A DNA stretch of 51,793 bases from Catajapyx aquilonaris (Eukaryota). The notes below the pieces were generated by a model. The model made no database searches. It saw only the letters and a list, made by a program, of their open reading frames with translations, and was not told the origin of the DNA. The stretch lies in the NCBI GenBank assembly GCA_000934665.2, contig JYFJ02002745.1:1-51793 (forward strand), read 5' to 3'. Position numbers and translations under genes: made by a program. Shown here one piece after another: positions 28,201-40,009 of the stretch. Numbering within the stretch: the stretch's first letter is position 1; each line of letters begins with the position of its first letter.

Positions 28201-31200
28201 CAACTCCGCCCCTTCCAATTGAGGCGTCTGGGGCATGTTATATATCAGTGTTGACTAAACCAGATAATTGAGCCCTCAAAGTGTGGACAGCCATGGGAAA
28301 CAATCCGGCATGATCTGTCCTGCCCAACATCGGAAATTTTCCGCTTATCTGAGGGGCGCATCGTTCGTCGGGGCGCCGATAAGGAGGGGGTCCTGATGTC
28401 ACTGGGTTCAACGACCATTTACAGAATACACACAAAAGGGACCAAAAGGATTTTAGGGAGTGACTATACTTCTGGACAGATAAGACAGGGCCGAATTTTC
28501 GATGAGGTCAGTCGGTTCTGGGCTGTTGAGACGGATAGGATGGCTGCGGGTTACTTGGACATGGATGGGTATTGGCGAGAGTATGGGTGGTACGGAGGCA
28601 GGGGGTACCAGCCGGTACCGGATTGGGACCGGTTTGAGCCCGAATTTAGGTTTGTGGCAACGAACTTGTACTATAGGGTGTGTACTTACGCACATGTTGC
28701 ATGCTGACAGTTGATTAGTTTTGACCCCAAACATGACGTACAAAAAAAGAAACGCCTGTCAATGGCATTGCTTATAAATGGACCAGACTTGTAAATATTG
28801 ACAACTGATTATGGGGGTTGGCCTTTTAACAAAATAATGTACCACTTGTCAAAATTCTTTTCAAAAATGTGGCGTATACAGAGTTGACAGAAAATCTTGG
28901 TAGGCATGCGAAGAATTCCACGTCAAGGATGCGGATAAGGATTGAAAAGAGGTGGTGGAAATGCAAAGGGCAAGAGTCGACCTGATAAAATAATCCTGAC
29001 TGTCGCCAGCCAACAGGAAGTTCCTAACCAACACTTTATCTTGGCGGGGGATGTACCGACCATGAACTGGGGGAATTTTGGCCTAAGATTAGAGTAAAAT
29101 AATTCTACCCTTGGAAATTATTTTATCGGGAAAGGGGGGTTGTTCATTGGGAGGGGCGTCATCAATAGTGATTGAATTGGAGTGCAATTTAGAGTGTGCT
29201 GCATTTTGTATAAATGTCAGTGAACCTTGGCAGTGTATTTAGGGCCTGATGGTGAAGGTGGTGGATGGTCATTGACTTGGATCGATGGTGAAAGGTCAAT
29301 TTTTGGTTGTCTCTGAAGATGCACTAAGTATTAATTTTGGACTGCGCTCTTAAAATAACCATAAGGATATTTATATTGGCCTAGAAAACAACAGTCGGAT
29401 GACGACAAAGTTCAGCCGGACCTTCATTGATGATGTGTGGAGTAATTACGCAATTGCGTTGATTATTAATAATGATGGATTTCAAAGCGATATTACAAAT
29501 GATTAGTCATGAACATTCTGTCAGTTGTTTTTTTAACTAAAGGGAATGCATATAAAAGCACTCTGCTCAATCTACTACTTGTTTGATGAAAGAACAGTTG
29601 CTTCATCACTTTTCGCAGAAAGATAAGGCAGAGATTATCTGAATGGCCTTGATTGTCTTGGAAGTGGGTTGATGTATGCGTAAATTGCAGAGTTTCTAAT
29701 TATCTAATTTTTTTGCAGCCCACCTACCATAAAGTCAGCCAGTGTGACTACTCGCACCAATTTCAAACAGCAACTGCAGAAGGCCAAGTTGCAGGAAGAG
29801 GAGCGACTGGAAGCAAAGAGGCAGACATCGCAGCACCCCCAGCAGAGGATTGTGAGGGAGAATCCTGAGGCCCAGCAACAACAACAGCAGCAGCAACAAA
29901 ATATACAGCAGCTGCAGCAGATTCAGCACACAGATTCACTTCCTATTCCACATCAATTGAGGACTGTTGAGGTTCCACGAAATGTGCTGCAGGTATAATG
30001 GCATTGTCATTATTGGTACAGTATATGCATGGTGCAATCGGAATAATTGATTGGGTATAGTGCCTGTCATGCATGGTTATTTTTATGGACAAGGTCAAGT
30101 GTTACAAATCCGTCTTATTTGAAATTATATAAAAGGTGTTCCACTTGAAACATCCGGAGTGACTACAGATTTTTGTGGCTCTTAGGTGCTTATTTTAAGG
30201 AGATACTTTTAATGGTTTTCAAAAGCTGCTAACATTGAGCTGAACTGAATATCCGAGCAAATAAATATTGTACTTTTCGTGACCACTGAAAGTAACTGTG
30301 CAAAAGTAACTGCTTAAAATTAAGAAGCTTAGAGCAAAAAATAATAATAACTTACTACTGATATTTATGTTGGAATGTCCTTTATTTGGCATGTGAAGCT
30401 GATTGCGTAATACTATTGACAACTGCCTTTGTGCTGTTGAAAATGCTGCTTTCACTATAGAATATGGGCATGTGTCGTTTTTCTGGGATACTTTCTTATA
30501 CATGCAATCTTATTAATCACTGCAATGCTGATGGATCTTTGTTTGTGGGAGGAAATGGAAGAACCCTGATAAAACTCACCCAAGTATGGAGAGAACCCAT
30601 CGAAATTTTGCTGCATGAGAAAACCCTCCAGTCAAGCTGAAGATATCATGCAGGACCTTAGAAGTGGATTGCTTTTGTGCTAACCACTACACCAGTGTGC
30701 CACCTTGCTTTTATTGGCATCTGCCTAGAGGTTGCTCAAGTAACTGTTCAAGCTCAGTAAGATGTCTCCATGAGCAGCATTATTATTTGACCACACGGTT
30801 TTCATACAACGTCTCCGAAGTCTTCACAAAATTGCTGACATTTTTGTGTATGTGAAGTTGAAGATATAAGTACTAATCCAACCCGATAAAAAATTCTGAA
30901 TTGACTCATTCAAATCCTAGTGGGTGAAATGTAATGTAATGAAATTTGGAGAAACTTTTTTTACAAACCTGCTGGGACTATTATGTCAGCAAGATGTAAC
31001 ACTGGGTAAATTTTATGGAGTTCACCAAGTTTGCTTCTCTCAGTTTAAGAGTAGTTGAGTAGTAGTCTTATATAATTGCTCTGCATGCTGTGATTATAAT
31101 TCAGGTATTGTTTTATTGGATGCTGATGTCATTTAGAAAGATATGCATGTGAAATATGAGAATTGCCTATTTTCCAATGAAAAGTCGAATAGGCATCTGC

Positions 31201-32047
31201 TGCATGTTAATAACACTTCTAATGTAAATAGACACAGCTTATGCTGTTTGCGATACAACTTTTCATTGAATTGACTTAAACAGTTATTAAATTCTGGTAC
31301 ACACGGCATGAATTTATGGCACATTAATGACAAGATCTCCAACAGGCCGCATTAGTCACTGCTAATGAGATTTGTGGCTGTGAATGCAAGTGCATCGCAC
31401 TTTTATATCTACAATTTTTTTTGCCTAACCGTAACTGTACAGTACCATTACTTAAATGTGCCTTTGAACTTATAAATTGAGTGAATATGTGCTGGCTAAG
31501 TGGAGAAAATTTTATGAACTACTAATAATACTTTGTGGCATGTTTGAATCTCTTTATTCTAAAAGGGTGCACAACATTTTTTTCTGTGCTTCAAGTGTGA
31601 AAGATGAGATAGCATCATAGTGTGTGGTTTTTACGTCTTGTTTGTTGCAATGACTTTGAGTTAAGGGTGAACAGTTATGCTATCATTGAACTTGCTGTGA
31701 AAAGTAATATTTATATTTAGTGCAGAGTACATTGCATAAGGTAATGGTGCATTATTATGTTTGTAGGTTAGGAAAATTATGCATTCTCTAAAATTTGTCC
31801 TGCGTGCTGCAATTCAGTTCACGTACAGTTTTGACAATCAGAAAAAGTCAAATAATAGAGAATCATGTATGTGAAATATAAGGTAATTGGAATTTTCTCT
31901 ACTGCAGAAAAGTGGTCATCTTATCTGCGTTATTCATTGGACCCACTTTCTCCATTGAGCAGTGTACTGCAGTCTACTAAATTGATTTTCAATGGGAAAG
32001 ATATGTGCAATTTTGTAGGTTAACATGCCATTACCACAATTTCAGGT

Positions 32048-32093
<46 letters not shown>

Positions 32094-35000
32094 CTTTTGA
32101 TGGCACAACAGCAGCAATGGCTATACTGCACTAAGAGCAGGATTTGGAAAGGCAAAAATGATTAAAGAATTGCAAAAAGTCCTTACTATGTGCTCCTTAA
32201 ATTTAACCGACATCATCATTTAAATTTGAGAACTCCTAATCCTAAAATGCACTTTACTGTGAACCTTCCTGAAGAGGAGTGGTCAACTTCTACTATTGTA
32301 ACTGTCCAGGCACATAACCTGAACACTGAACTAGGAAGTACTTGAAGTAAACCTTTCTTCTGGTCCGTTGCAGGTGCAAACCCGCCTGGAGAACCCTACC
32401 AAATACCACGTTCAGCAGACCCAAAACCGGCAGGTCCGGCAGTACCTGAGTGAGTCTTTCCAAGGCACTAGATCTCTCCTGCGATCCCAGCAGGACCTGA
32501 GTGCCCAGCAGCAGCTACAACTACAGCAGCAACAGTCACAGTCTGTCACGCTTGCTCATAGCAATAGTAATGCTCTTGCCCAGCACCAGAGCACCAGTGC
32601 TCCTGGGATTGTGAACTTACCTGCAGATAACTGCAGCACTGCAACCAGCCCAGATGTGGGGATCATGTCGCCTGGGGTGTGCAGTTCTTTGGCTCCATCT
32701 GATGTAAGTGTGGCCAACACTTTATTATTACAATATGGTTTGATTTTAAGTTACTGAAATGCAAGTTGGTTACCACAAATTACATCATGCTCTCTATTGT
32801 TCTCAACGCAATAAGCGAATGGCTGGAAGGGTCAGAAGAATTTTGTCAATATCAATAATGATTTCCGGCCAACATGAGTCCAAGGGGGTAGTCACTTCTC
32901 AAATAAGCGTACACAGGCTCTCTTGAGCTGTGGCTCTCCGCGGCTCTCTGAGGCTCTCCCCCGGCTCACCAGCAGGCTCACCCACTGTCTTATGGGCTCA
33001 CCGATGCCTCGGAGAGCCGCAGCGAGCTTCGGAGAGCCAACTACGTGACAACCCGTACGGTTGATGATATGATGTCAATCTGACGTAGTTTTTGCTCGGC
33101 TCTCCGCCGCCCTCTGCGGCTCTCCTCGGCTCTCCTCGGCTCAACAGTGAGGGTGTACACCGGCTCTCCGAAGTGACTACCCCCTTGCATGGGTCAGTCA
33201 AGTTTTGAATGAATTTTGCCACATAGAGTTTTCATTTTCATGAATGCTTAGCAAATGATACATAATCTAAACACGAGATGGAAACTTTTCCATGCTTGTA
33301 CACTCACATTGCCTGATCATACTGGTGGTAAATTCAAGGCCACAACTTGGGCTGCCAAGTCTGGGGCATGTTGTGAATCACAAAGGGAAGCAAATTACCT
33401 TGCCTCTTAGCACAAAGAAGGCCTTTCATTGTTATGAAGGATTCAGAAGGGATACTCGAACCTTTCAGATCACTCCACTTATCTACATATAGCAAGAGCA
33501 AACACAGCCAGCACTTTCCAATTATTTTCTCCTAGATCAGTTTATCACCAAATCTTAGCCCCCTCCTCACCAGCCACCCTTTTTGTTAATGGGATTTTGT
33601 GAGGGTATTAGGTTTGGAGTGACTCACTTAATACCTATCCTGGGGGAGAAGATTACTTGTGACGGGAAGGACATGGAAATTTCGAAAATCCGAGTGTTGA
33701 CCTAACACACACATCCCGTCAAGATAAAACGGGAATAGTCTGGAATTTATCTCAAAAGTCTGGAAGACTCCGACCTCTTTTAATGGGGGCGGTCTGTGGT
33801 GGGAAATAGCTTTCTCATTTAGTTGGAATTGAAAACACTTGCATGTACATTATATTGCCCAATAGGTGTCATATTCAATCTGAACTATTTTTTTGTCCCA
33901 GAAGAACGCCCGCCCTCAAAGGGCTTGAACCATGCGTGCCATAGATAAACAGTCTAAAGTTGTGCAATTGGGGTGTGACGTAACAGAGGGCGTCATGGCC
34001 GTGTCTAGAAATATTTGTCCTGTGAGGGATAACAAAACAATGCTTTTTTTTGAGTCGGATAAAAATGCATGATAAGGTCCAAAATGTACAGGAGGTGCTG
34101 TACCTTTCCAGGTGTAGTATGCTGTGTAGTCAGCCAAGGACACAATTTTTTTGATTCCCATCTGGATTTCCCTGTATTTAACCAAGGCCAAGGCTGCATG
34201 AAATTGAGATTTGTCATGTAAACTTTAAAAAAAAATAATTATATGGTTAGTATTTACCTTTCAATTCGATTGTATTCAGCGCCCTTTTTCCTAGTAATAA
34301 TTTAATAGATTCCGAGCACATTACCGGGTGGTACATAACGCCGATAGTGACTACCGCTCCTGAGAATTCAACCTTGACCTAACTCAGCCGGTCAAAGTTC
34401 GCATAAAATGTGAGTCGCTCAAAAACTATTTTAACGACATACTGCAGTACCAGTCAGTTGTGCAGTAGCAATGGTGCTTTCCTGGTCCGTAAGTAGCCCT
34501 ACTTATGCACCCACATTTAACACAGGTATCGTCAATTTACACCGCACATGGCCTTCGACTGGTATGGCCCCACGTGGACCGCACCCCCTGTTAATTCCTG
34601 GCGCGACCTGCACCATGAACTTCCGGCCTCGGGGGGGGGGGGGGGGGGGGGGGGGNGGGGGGGGGGGGGGGGAGGGGGTCGGAATCCTGACCAGCATGTT
34701 CCCATGCGTAAAAGGACAGCGTTAAAGTACAAGGAAAAATACGACAATAGGAGGAAGTGTTGTCCGGCCACTTTATTACGGATCGACGAGCGTGACATAT
34801 GCGCACGTAATTGAGGCAAACGGTTTAAGTATAGGGGGTACCTGCTAAATAAACGAGCAGGTTTCGTGCTAGATATCATGCTTTTTCCTGGAATCAGCGT
34901 CGCACAATTTCTGCCAGTGAAAAAAATTATAAATATTGCAAATTGTTGGGAAAATTGTGCAGGTGCGTGTACATCGAGATTTAATCCCATTAGATAATGC

Positions 35001-38000
35001 GTGTTGACCTTGGCGATGGTCCAGACGGGATGTACTTACTACAGATCCGATTTTATATATTACAAAAAAAAATCGCATTACACGTGCGGCTGTAAATGTC
35101 GACGTACCGGGTGTAAAAAACTGTTCCGGTGAAATTGAATCGCCCCTTGTTGATCCCGGTCATATCGTAAGACTAAAATAGGAGAACAGGGATCTATTCA
35201 GACGTCAGGTTGTTGGAAAGAGGATCCGTAGTTATGATGACAGGAAACGTGGGAGGATTCGTGTGCGTGCAGTTGATTTCCACGTAACGTATTACCAAGA
35301 GTGGTATTACCCGTTTGGGGGGTGGTGTACTATCTGCTGCAATCAGAGCGTCTATCGCTCGACCCCGTTGTCTTTTCGACAAGGACGACTACGAAATGGT
35401 TCTTATTGAGATTTTTCAAGCCTGGTGTACCACAGCATCTAAATGTAGATGCGTTTTTGGTGTTCCATGCTGGGTTTGATATAAAAATTTCCGGTTCTCA
35501 TGGCTGCCCTGCACGAACACGGAATCTAACTGGTAGAAAAATAGCCTTGGATGGACATAGATTCAGCGATGGTCATAGTGTACCGGAAACATAATGTTGC
35601 TGTGACCCAAAATGAGGACATTCCCCGTCAAAACCTGCGGAAACAGCATCCGTCCTAATAAATATTATTTATTATTAGTAATAATAAGGCCGTGACATTG
35701 CGAGTGATTTCTGAGTGTGTTATGAAGGGAATCCGATGGACAAACATTTGTTATCGGGTAGCACTAGCCAAGTAACATTCCCCGTCATTTTGATCGAGAT
35801 AAGTGGTTTATGGGAGCCGTCGAGCCTCATTGGTGGTTCCAAAAGTCCACTATCCCAGGACGTCCTCTGGTTGGTGGGACCTCCGTCAGTGCTGTGTGGG
35901 TGCTACAACGGGACAGTCGCTGTCGGGGGTGCTCCGTGGGTATGGCAGTGTTGTGTACACGTGCACTGAAGGGGGGCGGTACCGAGTACGGAGGGGCGGA
36001 TCGTTATGCAATTTTCCAGAGGATGTGGTGGGACTGATAGTGTGTACACTATACAGGAAAGGAAAAAAAAGTGGGGTGTGCGTAAATAGTTCCAGTTGAA
36101 AATTTTAAAAAACCGATTTCCGTATTTTGTAGGATAGCATTTTTTTTAAAAAAAATTGTTAAGCTCATCCGGCGGTACGTAATCCCTATGTGATAAGGCT
36201 GCAAATGGTGCGGGAATACACGCACACACAAAAAAAGGTGTTTCTTTAGATATTATCGGGTGTTAAATCAGGTCAACCCCACGTCCCCCTTGGCCTTTCC
36301 ACCCACACTATATTTCAGGCAATCGATCCGGGGGAACAGAATCCGGAATACGGGGTGGTACTACCAGACAGCTGGTGGGTGCCAAGTAGTGTAGGGGGAG
36401 GACAGAGGGTGAAAAGGTCGTGGCTAAAATATGACTTTTATCAGGTTAAGGCTCTGACTAAGTTGTGTGATGCGGTGACCCTAAGCGATGCGTTGTGATG
36501 GTTGGAGAAATGCCAGTGTACAGTGTGACCAAGAAGCTGGTGCAGGTCAACCGTATCGGAGTGTCTCCAGCGAGGAAGAGGCATAAGGTAAACGGTGGTG
36601 ATTGGGGACGGGTTAATGAGAAGTGTGGTTTTGTCAGGTAGCCCAAGGACAGGGTAAGTGGCCTGAGGCAGGATGTTTGCTGTCGAGAAAACACAATGAG
36701 GCAGAGATTTTCTCATTGAGAAAGGTAATGAATTCATATTGGCAAGGGGTCACAGCTGCCCGGATAATTAGCTGATTTCGCAACGGGTACATCTGAAAAG
36801 CAGATTAATGTGGGATCATGGACTTTCACATTATGTAACAGCGCGGCTGGGCTTGTTGGGGAGTCGGTGTAACCAACGTGCATTTCACACCTGGCCTGCA
36901 CATTATTTAGCTAATTGGCATGAGCTTGTAGATTTTCACTCCTAATTGTCATGTCCTACAGGCAGAGGATCTCATCTACAACATCTTGGATCTTGAAGCT
37001 GACCAAGCCAAGAGCAGTGATGCGTTTGGCATCTCGGAGGTCCAGGTAAATACGGAATGATCCATGTTCACGTGTGCGTGGGAGTAACGTATGACTTTCT
37101 CAAGGTGGGATCAAACGGAGCACTTGAGCAATTCTTGACCAACGGTGGGAAGTCAAGTGCCTCCTGCCCCTCGGATGTTGCACGGGCAAACTCCTACTCC
37201 GAAGAAGAGATGCGCGCCTTGGTGAAGGACCGTCAGAAGAAGGATAATCACAACCAAAGTGAGTTCCTAGGTTTTTGTGCTGTTTGTTCAACAAGGAAAT
37301 GAATCAGGAGCTTCATGTGACAGTAATAAACTACAATCTGACCAGTTGAAATGTAGCTTATGCGTAAGCACAGCTAGCACCGGGAAAATAGTTTACGTAA
37401 TGTTTTGAGTTCAGGTATGACGAGTATTACTTCCATTTTTGCATCCAAATATATGCAACTTTGTCCGAGATCAGTCTACCATATTATAACATCAAAAGAG
37501 TTAAAAGTAGTGACTGCAGAACTTCCTGCCTTAGTCGATAGTTTTCAGATAATTTACGTACATTTGGTTTCATGCGCAATAGGTTTTTAAATGTTGACCC
37601 TATCACTTTTCTGTATGGTGTGGTTCCAAGTGATGGCACATACATAATAATATTTGACCTGCTGGCTATTCTATGGCATGAACGCATACGTCTCGCTGTA
37701 TCTCAGAGATAACATTGTCAATGGGAACCCAGCAGATGACGATTGACAACGAGGAGAGGAAAAAAAACTTGAATGAGCCAGTTTAGCTGAGCTTCATGCT
37801 CAGGATATCAGACATGGTTTTTCCCACCTGGCGATTATATATCCAATTGTGTGGTAATGAGGTTTGTCAATTTGTTTCAACAGTTGAGCGGAGGCGGAGG
37901 TACCACATTAATGATCGCATCAAGGATCTCAGTGACCTCCTGCCCAAGAATAACGATGCGTAAGTACTAGTTCTGACTGATCTGGATTTTCCCCAGGAAA

Positions 38001-39232
38001 GATGGGTCTAACTTTCGATTGTTGGCAGGTACTCGGACATATTCCGGGATATCCGCCCCAACAAGGGTGCCATACTGAAGGCTTCCGTGGACTACATTCG
38101 CCATCTGAAAAATGACACGGACAAAAAGCGGGTCCTGGAAGTGAAAGTCAGACAACTGGAGAATGAGAAGAGGCAGTGTCTGCTCAGGATACAGGTGAAT
38201 GGCAGCTTATCATATTTGTAGGCCATTGTGTCTGATGTATTGTTCTGACCTTCTGATTTATTGCTTTAGGAGCTGGAAAACCAGGCCCAGAGGCACGGCC
38301 TTCCCCTCAGCAGCTGCACCTGGCAACCCAGCAGTGCTTCCACTATCATCAACTACATCAAGAATGAGTCGCTTTCCAATAGTTTCATTAAGCAGGTAGG
38401 AATCACCAGTTTTGTCCTTTACTGCGGTAGATGCTAGAATACTTTAGAGAGGCAAGTGTAATATGGGGGGGTTTTGTGTGGACCCCCTGCAACAAATGTG
38501 ACCTTGAAGTAGTTTCATCTATGTTCATGATGGAAGCAGCAGTTGCCGGACTATCATTCAACATCAGGTATCCCACTTGCTACACCATTTTGGATGGGAA
38601 ATTTTGCATGAACATTACCCTGTGCATTTGTCTCTATTTAATGGTTGACACCAACCCAAGTTTAAGCACTTGAGTTGGAATGCACTACATTGTCACAATT
38701 GTTTGTAGTGCATTTGAGTGACAAATACAGGAACACTGGAGGACAACAATGTCCTACATATGCTGAGGAGGAATTTAATAAAACACGAAGCTTTAGCGAA
38801 TGAAAATTCATTAAATCAAGTTCGAGTTACAGTTACAGTGAATGTTCCTGTGCAGTAATGTAGTCAGCAGGATAGATAACAAATAGATACAGGAGCCATC
38901 CAACTTACCTGATTACTGCACAGGTGTAACCAATTGAGGCAATGCACTTGGTCATAAAGGTAAATTGAAGGCATTGGGATGCATTGCAACAGCTTTTCCC
39001 CCCCTCATATGTGCAAATCTATCATGTCTAAACATTGCTGTCTCCTTTCCTTTTTATGGTGACCCTTGAAAAGGAGGTGCCGGATGTAGTAACGGAGGCT
39101 GCAACCATGAGTGCTGCCCAGCTGGACGACCTGATGGAAGATGACGGTCATCCAGTTACCGGGGATCCCATGCTCTCATCCCCTACTGGCACCAACGCCG
39201 ATGATGACATGCTGCACGATATGCTGTCGTAA
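24421..39232 (+). CDS. Mitf: MiT/TFE family bHLH-Zip transcription factor (526 aa with exon 1a). Exons 24421-24632, 29719-29992, 32374-32703, 36962-37045, 37105-37258, 37884-37959, 38029-38194, 38270-38395, 39074-39232
   Basis: Motifs ESGVDL...ELKSKP (MITF-A-like start), RTNFKQQL (Rag-binding helix), VQTRLENPTKYHV, SSASCP (14-3-3 site), KDRQKKDNHNQIERRRR, NKGAILKASVDYIR, ELENQAQRHGLP and DDLMEDD..GDPMLSS. Phases are consistent and the total is 1581 nt. Confidence 0.95.
25184..25239 (+). repeat. (AAT)n microsatellite
   Basis: About 18 perfect units. Confidence 0.95.
27313..27764 (+). CDS. Mitf: Mitf alternative first coding exon 1b (start 27313 or 27424)
   Basis: Long stop-free frame (MANSLQEQVSEFQEIIDKITKM...GIDQDLEMILDMDPSIID...GLPPRIG) ending GG|gtatgg in phase 2, matching the common exon at 29719. 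CRE TGACGTCA at 27233-27240 lies just upstream. Confidence 0.7.
27774..27949. repeat. Long imperfect inverted repeat (~78-bp arms) immediately after the Mitf exon 1b donor
   Basis: GCTTTGCCGTCCCAATGAGAAACACC...GCATGCATGCCCTGCACTAATC pairs with GATTAGAGCAGGTCATGCATGC...GGTGTTTCTCATTGGGACGGCATAGC. Confidence 0.9.
28540..28649 (+). CDS. Mitf: Mitf candidate alternative first coding exon 1c
   Basis: Good Kozak context (aggATGG), MAAGYLDMDGYWREYGWYGGRGYQPVPDWDRFEPEF, ending AG|gtttgt in phase 2 like exons 1a and 1b. Confidence 0.5.
32051..32092 (+). repeat. (TGAT)n microsatellite
   Basis: About 10 units. Confidence 0.95.
32881..33187. mobile_element. MITE (PIF/Harbinger-like ends) in a Mitf intron
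   Basis: Perfect 18-bp terminal inverted repeat CAAGGGGGTAGTCACTTC / GAAGTGACTACCCCCTTG, with internal reiterated GGCTCTC motifs. Target-site duplication unclear. Confidence 0.75.
36498..36587 (+). CDS. Mitf: Candidate internal first coding exon for a short Mitf isoform
   Basis: Acceptor ttttatcag at 36444, ATGs at 36498 and 36510, (MVGE)MPVYSVTKKLVQVNRIGVSPARKRHK, donor AAG|gtaaac in phase 0 matching the exon at 36962. Confidence 0.5.
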
Positions 39233-40009
39233 GAGAAGAGCGGACAATAAGTGGTCCATTTCTGGACGTGAAGCGCTGGTGTTGCAGTATTAACCCTCGG
39301 CGAAGTGGGGACTGTGCCTTAACTGTTGCATCGGTTCATTTCTTACCCAGGTCAATTAATCGCAAAGTGTAGCCCACATTGGGGAAATTTATGTGATCCT
39401 TTTACCCATCCCTGACATACATGTGTATTGTCTCTGGTGTTTTATCTGTCGTTCCTCCTACTATTGTAACCCATTTCCTTTTAACCAAGATGAACATTAT
39501 ATTCCCCACAGGTACCTATCATTAAATTATTGCCATAATAATGGTACATATATGTGGGACTGGCATAATTGGCGATTGAAGCATGGGTTTAACTGCGATT
39601 AGTGTCATGTGGAGTGAATCCAGGACTATGACAATGTTACTTTTGTTTTACGAAGTAAGTATAATATTTTCATAACCCAAATTTCAGCAGATAATTTTAA
39701 TGAAATATTTTTGTTGGACTGGCAATGAAGTGCTGGAAAAACATGTACAAAACAAATAGGTGGGCTAAATCATAATTTTGGAAGATGCATGTTCCTTATT
39801 TTAGCCCTTATTGTCATCACTATTGACATTTTATTCAAGGAGGTGCTATTGACAACATTTAGTGGGAAAGGGTCCTTTGTGCCAAGAGCATCCTTCTAAG
39901 TATTGTTAAGCGACAAAAAAAAAAAAAAAGTTGTACATATGTGTAAATACAAGTCTCTGTTACCAATCCAAGCCTTCTCTTACTTTATTGGGAGAGATCC
40001 ACCTTGTAT

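Noticed and set aside
34631..34678. Long poly-G tract and resulting poly-Gly/poly-Pro ORFs; similar G runs near 331, 2652, 11446 and 13297
   Set aside because: Homopolymers, two containing an N, so length is unreliable. G-quadruplex potential cannot be separated from simple-repeat or assembly noise.
37991..38028. Alternative Mitf acceptor at ccccag (37996)
   Set aside because: It would leave a 37-nt intron and shift the frame by 32 nt within the bHLH loop.
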